From a virus, in the IMG/VR virus record IMGVR_UViG_3300027667_000001, positions 1 through 39,123 of that record: a stretch of DNA of 39,123 nt; one strand, given 5' to 3'. The notes under the pieces are model-generated. The model did no database searches, was not told where the DNA came from, and saw only the letters and a list, made by a program, of their open reading frames with translations. How positions within the stretch are numbered: position 1 is the first letter of the stretch; every line of letters begins with the position of its first letter. A program made the translations under genes and the position numbers. This document shows positions 6,349 through 12,803 of the stretch, piece after piece.

Positions 6349-6778
6349 GCATGCAGGTGGTAGACCATCCGATTATACAAAGGAAAAGGGCGATCTAATC
6401 TGCGAAAGAATATCAACGCATGATGTTGGGTTACCTAGGCTTTGTAAAATGTATTCTGATATGCCAGATGAGAAAACGGTACAACGTTGGCGGTATCAAT
6501 TTGAGGAGTTTCGCCTGAAATACGCGCAAGCTAAGATGATTCAGGCAGATTTATTGGCAGAGCAATGCCTTGAAATTTCAGATAGTTGTATACCCGAAGA
6601 GGTAGGCGTTGATAGATTGCGCGTTGATACCAGAAAATGGCTAGCATCAAAGCTATTGCCTAAGCAATACGGTGATAAACTCTTGCTCGAACAAAAGACC
6701 GAAGAAAATGAGCAGCTAAAAGAGGAGCTTAGAGCATTGAGGGCTAGACTGGATGAAGCGAACAAGAGAGAGTTTTAA
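6311..6778 (+). CDS. HTH protein of the type commonly annotated as terminase small subunit
   Basis: GGRPSDYT.E....ICE.I......L..C......P...TV.RW......F...YA.AK..QAD.L.E....I.D and the C-terminal RVDTRKWLASKLLPKQYGDK match my memory of this family. It is not adjacent to terL. Confidence 0.45.
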   Translation: MAGNQGNLPSKPKHAGGRPSDYTKEKGDLICERISTHDVGLPRLCKMYSDMPDEKTVQRWRYQFEEFRLKYAQAKMIQADLLAEQCLEISDSCIPEEVGVDRLRVDTRKWLASKLLPKQYGDKLLLEQKTEENEQLKEELRALRARLDEANKREF

Positions 6779-6960
6779 TGAAAAAAGATAAAGATAAACA
6801 AGAAACAATAGGAATTAAATTATTTAACTCTATGGCTTCCCGTTCAGGAATAGATTTAGAAAAGCTTAATAGTCAAGATTGGCCGTGTTTTACAAGCCAA
6901 TTTAATGAAGACCCGAAGCCTAGACCTGTAGATAAAAAAGAGAGTTTTAATGAAAGATGA
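6778..6960 (+). CDS. Hypothetical protein (60 aa)
   Basis: ORF track. Its TAATG start overlaps the upstream stop. Confidence 0.45.
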   Translation: MKKDKDKQETIGIKLFNSMASRSGIDLEKLNSQDWPCFTSQFNEDPKPRPVDKKESFNER

Positions 6961-7126
6961 ATTTGACGATAAGATTGAAGACCTTGAGCGTAGATTAGCT
7001 AATGCTTATTTGAAACAATTTGAAAAACCGATGTCACTAGAAGAAAGGGAAAAATTAAGTTCTTTCTCTTATGTACGCGATTGTTTACATAATCCTGTCA
7101 TTATTAAGAAGATTGAGCCAAAATAA
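6950..7126 (+). CDS. Hypothetical protein (58 aa), not in the ORF track
   Basis: Read by hand: ATG at 6950 within the GAGAGTTTTAATGAAA junction motif, open to the TAA at 7124-7126. Confidence 0.4.
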   Translation: MKDEFDDKIEDLERRLANAYLKQFEKPMSLEEREKLSSFSYVRDCLHNPVIIKKIEPK

Positions 7127-7138
7127 AAGGGAGTTTTA

Positions 7139-7366
7139 ATGAAAAATAAAATGAAAAAACCCCTATCTCAAGATGAAATTGGCACAAAAAACGAAATACA
7201 GTTTTTGAAAGAAAAATGCCAAATGCTAGAAAGCCAAATATCCCTCCTCGATAAAGATTGGTATGCAAAATTTGATTCACAACAAAGAAAGCTCGAAAAA
7301 TCTAACTTTCTGAAAAATTTATACAAAAAATTTATTGAGCAAATTCTTACTTATGAGGAATCTTAA
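7139..7366 (+). CDS. Hypothetical coiled-coil protein (75 aa)
   Basis: ORF track, with the GGGAGTTTTAATGAAA junction motif. Confidence 0.5.
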   Translation: MKNKMKKPLSQDEIGTKNEIQFLKEKCQMLESQISLLDKDWYAKFDSQQRKLEKSNFLKNLYKKFIEQILTYEES

Positions 7367-7584
7367 TGAAAAATAGGCCAGAATTTACGCGCGAACAAGA
7401 AGACTGGATTTGCTACCAAATCGGCGAGTGGTATTTGGATTGGAAAGATAAAATCATACTAAATAGCTTTAGTACAGATGAAAAAATTGTATTTGATCCT
7501 GCAAAAGCTTTTACGCATGAATTGGGAATTGCAAAAGAGCACTTAAAAGAGATTTTATGCCACAAGAAGGAAAAAGACTTTTAA
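7366..7584 (+). CDS. Hypothetical protein (72 aa); its last 16 codons include inverted repeat IR-L
   Basis: ORF track. Bases 7534-7566 are exactly 11 in-frame codons (KEHLKEILCHK). Confidence 0.5.
   Translation: MKNRPEFTREQEDWICYQIGEWYLDWKDKIILNSFSTDEKIVFDPAKAFTHELGIAKEHLKEILCHKKEKDF
7534..7566. repeat. IR-L: left copy of a 33-bp perfect inverted repeat (candidate recombinase crossover site)
   Basis: aaagagcacttaaaagagattttatgccacaag is the exact reverse complement of 8165-8197, checked base by base. Confidence 0.9.
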
Positions 7585-7943
7585 CCCTTTTCAGTTTGAG
7601 CCACATACCGATTAATATACTCATCGTATTCAATAAGGCTGCCTTCTGGGTCAAAAAGCATTATATATTTTAAATAGTCCTTTTCTTTAGTCGATGGGTA
7701 ATACTTTTTCATCAGTTTTGTACATTCTTCTTTAAATTCATCACTTAAAACATAAGCATTATATTCTTGCAATGGATTGGATGGCGTTGATATACATTCA
7801 ACCTTTTCACCATCTGTTATAAAAACTGCTGCTTCATTGTTTTTGTCTTTTGCTAGGAATACAACTTGAGACTCTGGCTGCACTTTCTTTTTCTTCTTTT
7901 TCCTTTCTTCCCTTCTTCGGAAAATTTCTAGGTCATTGTCCAT
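7581..7943 (-). CDS. Hypothetical protein (120 aa, K/R-rich N-terminus), inside the IR-bounded cassette
   Basis: ORF track. It begins MDNDLE, sharing a 17-bp stretch with the start of the upstream cassette gene. Confidence 0.55.
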   Translation of the reverse strand: MDNDLEIFRRREERKKKKKKVQPESQVVFLAKDKNNEAAVFITDGEKVECISTPSNPLQEYNAYVLSDEFKEECTKLMKKYYPSTKEKDYLKYIMLFDPEGSLIEYDEYINRYVAQTEKG

Positions 7944-8163
7944 TGTCTACATTTTCTCCAAGAGAATTTAGCGTATCCTTTGCGCACTTAAAAAGCATAA
8001 AATTAAACCAGTTATCATATAGTTTTCCTGCTTCATAAATTAAATTTTCTTTGGCTTTATCGTCGTAAGTTCCATAGAAAAAACCTTGTAAATAGTGATA
8101 AATTTTCTGAAAATCTTTAAACAATTGATTAAAGGGGTCTAGGTCATTGTACATTATTTTCAT
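7933..8163 (-). CDS. Hypothetical protein (76 aa, or 73 aa from the ATG at 8154), inside the IR-bounded cassette
   Basis: ORF track. The first ATG lies 1 nt from the end of IR-R. Confidence 0.5.
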   Translation of the reverse strand: MKIMYNDLDPFNQLFKDFQKIYHYLQGFFYGTYDDKAKENLIYEAGKLYDNWFNFMLFKCAKDTLNSLGENVDNGQ

Positions 8164-8164
8164 C

Positions 8165-8197
8165 CTTGTGGCATAAAATCTCTTTTAAGTGCTCTTT
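8165..8197. repeat. IR-R: right copy of the 33-bp perfect inverted repeat
   Basis: cttgtggcataaaatctcttttaagtgctcttt is the reverse complement of 7534-7566. Confidence 0.9.
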
Positions 8198-8244
8198 GTT
8201 CATATAGTATTTTTACAAGATTGCCGTTTATGTCTATGCCGATT

Positions 8245-8430
8245 TCACCTATTCTTTTCATTATCCAATTTTCCACGAAGAATAGACCTTGATATTTCTA
8301 TGACTTCCAAAGAGTCTTTTATAGAATATTCTCCATAAGTTTTTACTATGGTTTTAATTTGACGTTCTAAATCATAAAGGATTTTTTCGGCTTGAAAGTT
8401 AAATACATTATTATTTTTTTTATCATCCAC
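8245..8430 (-). CDS. Hypothetical protein (61 aa, GTG start)
   Basis: ORF track. Confidence 0.4.
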   Translation of the reverse strand: MDDKKNNNVFNFQAEKILYDLERQIKTIVKTYGEYSIKDSLEVIEISRSILRGKLDNEKNR

Positions 8431-8436
8431 AGTTCA

Positions 8437-8610
8437 CTACCTTTTAGCTTCATGAAAAACCCTTTTGGCTGTTAAAAATTTTTCTAATACATCTAAAGTT
8501 GTGTTTTTTACTTTTTTTGACCTAGTCTTATATGAAGTTTGGATTAGTTCATCAATATAATAATTTAAAACTTTTTCAGTATTTGAATTAATAAAACATT
8601 CTTTATCCAC
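8437..8610 (-). CDS. Hypothetical protein (57 aa, GTG start), not in the ORF track
   Basis: Read by hand: AGAGGTG then a GTG at 8610, open to the TAG at 8437-8439. It fills the gap downstream of the recombinase. Confidence 0.3.
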   Translation of the reverse strand: MDKECFINSNTEKVLNYYIDELIQTSYKTRSKKVKNTTLDVLEKFLTAKRVFHEAKR

Positions 8611-8640
8611 TAGACACCTCTTTTTATAAACATAATATTA

Positions 8641-9246
8641 TTATCCTGTTATCACCTTTTTAATGGGAGACGAGCCAATCTCGACGCCTCGATGTCTTAG
8701 ATAACGATAGAAGGTTGATAATCCAATACCTAATTGCGAGCAAATAATACGAATAGAAAGGCTCTTGTCGCGGTATAAGCTTTCGGCTATCTGTGCTTTT
8801 TCAATAGCCTTTCCTGAAAGGCCTTTGGGTCTTCCGCCTAATTTCCCGCGGGCTCTCGCGGACTTTAAACCTGCATTAACTCTTTCAACTATCATCCCTC
8901 TTTCAAATTCTGCAATCATGCCAAAGAAATTAAAGAAGAGCATGCCTTGAGCGGTCGTTGTGTTTATCTCTTCGCTTAGACTAATAAAGGTAACTTCTCT
9001 ATTTTTCAATTCCTCAACCGTTTGCCGAAGATGGACTAAGTTTCGTCCTAGCCTGTCGAGCTTCCATATAATCAGCGTATCACCGGCTCTAAGATTCCTC
9101 ATTAAGTCATCTAAGACAAGGCGAGCGGTCTTAGCTCCGCTGGCGACCTCTTGATAGATTTTCTCGCAGCCTGCGGCCTTTAGAGCATCGACTTGTAATT
9201 CGAGTGACTGATCTCGGGTTGATATTCGAGCGTAGCCTATTTTCAT
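8641..9246 (-). CDS. Small serine recombinase (resolvase/invertase family; Hin/Gin/Cin-like)
   Basis: MKIGYARISTRDQSLELQ (catalytic Ser), DRLGRN, G..FF......AEFER..I.ER...G, then the GGRPK linker and a C-terminal HTH. At 201 aa it is not a large serine integrase. Confidence 0.9.
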   Translation of the reverse strand: MKIGYARISTRDQSLELQVDALKAAGCEKIYQEVASGAKTARLVLDDLMRNLRAGDTLIIWKLDRLGRNLVHLRQTVEELKNREVTFISLSEEINTTTAQGMLFFNFFGMIAEFERGMIVERVNAGLKSARARGKLGGRPKGLSGKAIEKAQIAESLYRDKSLSIRIICSQLGIGLSTFYRYLRHRGVEIGSSPIKKVITG

Positions 9247-9248
9247 GC

Positions 9249-9485
9249 TTAATGAATCCCTCTTAATAAATTATAAAGAATAGAGACAGATGCAGCGAGC
9301 ATCCCTCCCACACTAAGTATAATTTTATAAGCCCATTCTCTCAGATCGCTTTTAGTGGCTATTTGATTATCAATAATTTTAGCTAATTCTGCTGCCTGTC
9401 CTTCGGCTTGCTGATCAGTAAATCCTAATTCCTTCATTTTCTTGGCATAGGCCAGTGTATCGAATGCTATCGCGGACATTTTCAC
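9249..9485 (-). CDS. DUF1640-like coiled-coil protein with a C-terminal TM helix
   Basis: AFDTLAYAKKMKELGFTDQQAEGQAAELAKIID..IATKSDL... followed by a hydrophobic tail. It ends 2 bp upstream of the recombinase, so they are probably co-transcribed. Confidence 0.6.
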   Translation of the reverse strand: MKMSAIAFDTLAYAKKMKELGFTDQQAEGQAAELAKIIDNQIATKSDLREWAYKIILSVGGMLAASVSILYNLLRGIH

Positions 9486-9629
9486 CTCTTTATGTTTTCG
9501 TTTATTGACATAATATGTTTGTTGATAATTTGATTTGTGGTTTGACTTAACGATAACACAATAAAATTTTATAGCAAGAAAATTACAAATTTTCTTTTAT
9601 TCTTCCAAAGAGGTGTTTAATGATAACGC

Positions 9630-9668
9630 GCACAGCGTAGCCTATGCTAAGCATAGGCTACGCTGTGC
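9630..9668. repeat. 39-bp perfect palindrome (18-bp arms, 3-nt centre)
   Basis: gcacagcgtagcctatgc-taa-gcataggctacgctgtgc, read directly. There is no flanking T-tract. Confidence 0.9.
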
Positions 9669-9886
9669 TAAGCATCGAACTGATAAAAATCAATTACTTA
9701 TGAATGTTTTATTACAGTGGCGCAGAACGTTCTACGTGCGCCCTAGAATATTCTGCGACAATTGCGACACAACTTGCGTCGTAATTGTGGAACATTATCA
9801 TGGAACATTTTAGCCGGATGTTAGTAAATATGTGGTATAATAAAGAAAGGAAATTTCAGATAAGGGATTTAAACAAATAATCTTTA

Positions 9887-10192
9887 ATGAGATTAAATAT
9901 GAGCTTACTTTCTTTTGATCCTTTCCAATATGCAGAACGTTTAACAAAAACAGGTCTTGATTCTGAAACAGCAAAGGAAATTGCCAGTGCGCAAATGGAA
10001 GTAATACGTCAATTAATGGAAGAAAAGCTTGCCACCAAAGATGATTTGCGCGAGCTTAAATCAGAATTAAAGCAAGATTTATTGATGCTTAAAGTAGAAT
10101 TATTGGAAAAGTGCGCGACTAAATCAGAGATGAGATGGCTATTTGGAATAGCAACTACTATTTTAGTTCTTGCCATAAAATTCTTGCATTAA
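9887..10192 (+). CDS. DUF1640-like coiled-coil protein with a C-terminal TM helix (paralogue of 9249..9485; may start at the ATG at 9899)
   Basis: SFDPFQYAERLTKTGLDSETAKEIA.....I.....LATKDDLRELK... followed by a hydrophobic tail. Confidence 0.6.
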   Translation: MRLNMSLLSFDPFQYAERLTKTGLDSETAKEIASAQMEVIRQLMEEKLATKDDLRELKSELKQDLLMLKVELLEKCATKSEMRWLFGIATTILVLAIKFLH

Positions 10193-10196
10193 GAAT

Positions 10197-10343
10197 ATGA
10201 ATAGCGATTTAGCCTTTTATATAATAATGTCCACCCTGTGCGGGATTAGTGTTGCGTTAATTATTGCAATGCTCATAATACCAAGTCCAAATTATCATTC
10301 TCGATTCGAGTGCGTGACAATATGTCATACTCTTACTAATTAA
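10197..10343 (+). CDS. Possible small membrane protein (48 aa)
   Basis: Read by hand. It has a hydrophobic core (MSTLCGISVALIIAMLII) but no clear SD. Confidence 0.25.
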   Translation: MNSDLAFYIIMSTLCGISVALIIAMLIIPSPNYHSRFECVTICHTLTN

Positions 10344-10376
10344 GTTTAATTCCACCGATAAGGATTTATTAACAGT

Positions 10377-10781
10377 TCAAAATGCTGGGTTCCATTCTTC
10401 CCAATCACCAAAACAATAGCCTTGTATAGTTTTAATCGTCTCATCAATCGAATAGCAAACCTTCGTAAAATAACATTGTCTTGACATGTCTTCTAAAAAC
10501 TCTTTTTGAGCTTTACTTAAAATACCGCCTTTGCTTTTTAGCTCTATCCATCCGCCGCCGTAGCCATGGCGTGGCATCGCAATAAATAAGTCTGCGACTC
10601 CTGCTCGCATTCCCATATACTTAAGGGATTTTCCATAGTGGCTAGTACGTTTACCCTCATTTGGGATATGAATTACAAAGGTTTTTAAGACAGGATGAAG
10701 CCTCACCCATTCGATGACAGCTTTTTGTATGGAGTTTTCAGAAATCGTGCCAGATTTAAGATATTTGGTTTTTGTCATCAT
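10377..10781 (-). CDS. VRR-NUC domain nuclease
   Basis: ..IQKAVIEW........IHIPNEG.R.......L..MG...GVADLFI......GGGWIELKSKGGILSKAQKEFL matches the VRR-NUC D...E.K pattern. Confidence 0.7.
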   Translation of the reverse strand: MMTKTKYLKSGTISENSIQKAVIEWVRLHPVLKTFVIHIPNEGKRTSHYGKSLKYMGMRAGVADLFIAMPRHGYGGGWIELKSKGGILSKAQKEFLEDMSRQCYFTKVCYSIDETIKTIQGYCFGDWEEWNPAF

Positions 10782-10796
10782 TCATCCTTGAGTACA

Positions 10797-10834
10797 AAAA
10801 AAGCTATTCTCCCTTTGAGAGAGAATAGCTTTTT
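10797..10834 (-). terminator. Strong bidirectional intrinsic terminator downstream of the porin gene
   Basis: 10-bp stem agctattctc/gagaatagct, flanked by an A-run at 10796-10801 and a T-run at 10831-10834. Confidence 0.75.
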
Positions 10835-10856
10835 AAGTTCATCCTATGGGGAGGAC

Positions 10857-11693
10857 TTATGAATAGTATTTTACATCTAAATATGCACCATTGAAACTAG
10901 AATCACTTGCACTATTAATCATTGAAGCATCTATGACGTTAAAATGATTGCTCGTTTGATAACCAATTTCAAAGACAAGGGCAGATTTATTGCAGAAAGC
11001 ACCGGTGTAGTCAAAACCCAGTTTTCCTTCGACTGCTGGAACTATTCTATTAGTATCAGAATTAATAATAGTATTATCTTTTCCTTCATACTTACTATTT
11101 ATTTTTCCAACCAGTAATGCGGTATTAAGGTGAGCATCTAACCCAAAACCACAACCTAAATTATAACGGGCATCTGTACCAAATCTTGGACCAACACCCA
11201 CAAACTTAGTATTAAAGGCTTGCACGTCACTATTATCATTAAGATTATCAGTAGAATTACTAATTAATCCCAATCCATGAGTCATACGAATATAACGTAC
11301 ACCTGCAAATAATCTCATATCAAGCGAACTGGCACAAAAACGCTGCCCACCTTCTAAATCGACCATATCTAAATCAGAAACTTGTTTGCCTGTGATAAAT
11401 AAGCCTTTTGCATTATCTATTAATAAATCACTGTCATTTTTAGATATCGTATTATAGTGAACGGTTAAATCATTTCCGGTATTAGCAAATAAGTATCCAA
11501 GCTGAATATCATTTCCAAAATCATAATTATTATCAACTATCTTATTAATTGAATTTTCACGAAGATATAAGGTATCAACGCTTACTTTAAAGCCGCTATG
11601 TTGAGATGGTACAAAAATCGACTCATTAGCGAAAGCAGGCGCACTTAAACCTACTGCAATGAGTGCTACTGATAAACGTTTCATATATCGCAT
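10857..11693 (-). CDS. Outer-membrane porin of the Legionella major outer membrane protein (MOMP/OmpS) family, with a signal peptide
   Basis: Signal peptide MKRLSVALIAVGLSAPAFA. Blocks TLYLRE, NTGNDLTVHY, MRLFAGVRYIRM, FNTKFVGVGPRFG, ALLVG, IVPAVEGKLGFDYTG and YLDVKYY parallel those of Legionella OmpS as I remember it. Confidence 0.8.
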   Translation of the reverse strand: MRYMKRLSVALIAVGLSAPAFANESIFVPSQHSGFKVSVDTLYLRENSINKIVDNNYDFGNDIQLGYLFANTGNDLTVHYNTISKNDSDLLIDNAKGLFITGKQVSDLDMVDLEGGQRFCASSLDMRLFAGVRYIRMTHGLGLISNSTDNLNDNSDVQAFNTKFVGVGPRFGTDARYNLGCGFGLDAHLNTALLVGKINSKYEGKDNTIINSDTNRIVPAVEGKLGFDYTGAFCNKSALVFEIGYQTSNHFNVIDASMINSASDSSFNGAYLDVKYYS

Positions 11694-11825
11694 GATATAT
11701 CTCTCCTATTAAGATTAAAGTTAAAAACAACTGGGTCTAACCTAACAGGAATGTGTTAAGTATGTCAAAGCTTGAAGAAAATTTATCCACAAACGCTGTT
11801 AATAAATATGTGTATATGTCTCTTA

Positions 11826-11860
11826 TATTGATATTTCTGTTTGTAATTATTGATACTTCT
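11826..11860. promoter_or_regulatory. Direct repeats TATTGATA(T/C)TTCT x2, 22 bp apart; possible operator upstream of the XRE gene
   Basis: 11826-11838 and 11848-11860 read directly, with a partial third copy (aattgatt) at 11863. Confidence 0.3.
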
Positions 11861-11901
11861 TAAATTGATTAAAATTTATACAAAAATGAAAAGGATACTT
11901 T

Positions 11902-12138
11902 ATGATAAATTCAACAGAGGCTAGAATAAGCCACAGACTATTAAAATGGGCGCGCGAAAAGTCAGCTTTAACGCTTGAGGACGCATCTGAAAAAATGGGT
12001 TTTGCGCTTGAATGTCTGGCAAAATGGGAGAAAGGCGACGCATTCCCTACTTTTGAACAACTTAATAAAATTTCTGAACTATATGAAATGCCTGTCAGAA
12101 TGTTCTATTTATGTGAATTAAAAGAGAAGATTTTTTAA
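11902..12138 (+). CDS. XRE-family HTH transcriptional regulator (78 aa)
   Basis: LLKWAREKSALTLEDASEKMGF....LAKWEKGDAFPTFEQLNKISELYEMPV is an HTH_3 pattern. Confidence 0.75.
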   Translation: MINSTEARISHRLLKWAREKSALTLEDASEKMGFALECLAKWEKGDAFPTFEQLNKISELYEMPVRMFYLCELKEKIF

Positions 12139-12428
12139 TTTTCGTATAAGTCCCATAAGCTTTCATAGATAACTTCTTCAAATTCTTTTCCTAAAGGTTC
12201 CTGGCTTTTAAGTAATTTAGAATAAAAACTATGTGTTTCTTGGTTTTCATAAATGGAAAAGTTTTCATAGAACCACTCGGAAGCATCAGGCGTATGATAA
12301 TTAGTAACAACCATGATAAAAGCTATTAATAATATTAAATAACCAATAAATAGCTTTATAAATAGTATTGTAGTTAAATTTTTTCTTAAAAACTTAACTA
12401 TCTTTTTACTGAAGTTAATGTAATCCAC
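12135..12428 (-). CDS. Single-pass membrane protein (97 aa, GTG start)
   Basis: ORF track. The TM segment is TILFIKLFIGYLILLIAFIMVVT. Confidence 0.4.
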   Translation of the reverse strand: MDYINFSKKIVKFLRKNLTTILFIKLFIGYLILLIAFIMVVTNYHTPDASEWFYENFSIYENQETHSFYSKLLKSQEPLGKEFEEVIYESLWDLYEN

Positions 12429-12531
12429 GCTTGGCGTCCTATCCTGATAGATAACATCACCGCAATTGTAATAAAAAGGAATCGGATTTATAACAATCGC
12501 GGGTTTGTCACTAACTTGGGGAAGTTAATCA

Positions 12532-12723
12532 TTATTTAGGTGGTGTAACACCTTCATCAAATTTGGTCAGTAATTCAGTAGCTTCATTATATCTGCCAAC
12601 TAATGAATTATGTGCTGAGGTTGCATTGTCTAAGGCTACACGAATGCGATTATGGTTTTCCAGACTCTCAGCCACTTCTTTGGCTAGTTCTTGGACTCTA
12701 GCTTGCAAAATATCTTTTGTCAT
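12532..12723 (-). CDS. Hypothetical helical protein (63 aa from the internal ATG)
   Basis: The ORF track gives 12532..12780. The ATG at 12723 follows AAGGGA, and the upstream part overlaps the terminator hairpin. Confidence 0.45.
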   Translation of the reverse strand: MTKDILQARVQELAKEVAESLENHNRIRVALDNATSAHNSLVGRYNEATELLTKFDEGVTPPK

Positions 12724-12752
12724 TATTAGTTCCCTTAAATATGAGTTAAATA

Positions 12753-12792
12753 AGAGAAACCATATTACCGACATCAGCAATATGGTTTCTCT
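12753..12792 (-). terminator. Hairpin terminator at the end of the fibre gene block
   Basis: Perfect 14-bp stem agagaaaccatatt/aatatggtttctct with a 12-nt loop. A T-rich sequence follows on the minus strand. Confidence 0.5.
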
Positions 12793-12803
12793 TTTCTCTC
12801 AAA

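Noticed and set aside
7883-7918. 36-nt pure pyrimidine tract (plus strand)
   Set aside because: It is simply the coding sequence for the RRREERKKKKKK run of the 120-aa cassette protein. No independent evidence points to a regulatory or triplex role.
8641-9246. The serine recombinase acting as the phage integrase
   Set aside because: At 201 aa it has only the catalytic domain plus a short HTH. It lacks the large C-terminal recombinase and zinc-ribbon domains of serine integrases. An invertase or resolvase role is more consistent.
9613-9813. 66-aa plus-strand ORF (GTG start) in the recombinase/DUF1640 intergenic region
   Set aside because: The only SD-like sequence (AAAGAGG) overlaps the GTG itself. 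The ORF would translate the 39-bp perfect palindrome and other dyads. It is more likely non-coding structured DNA or RNA.
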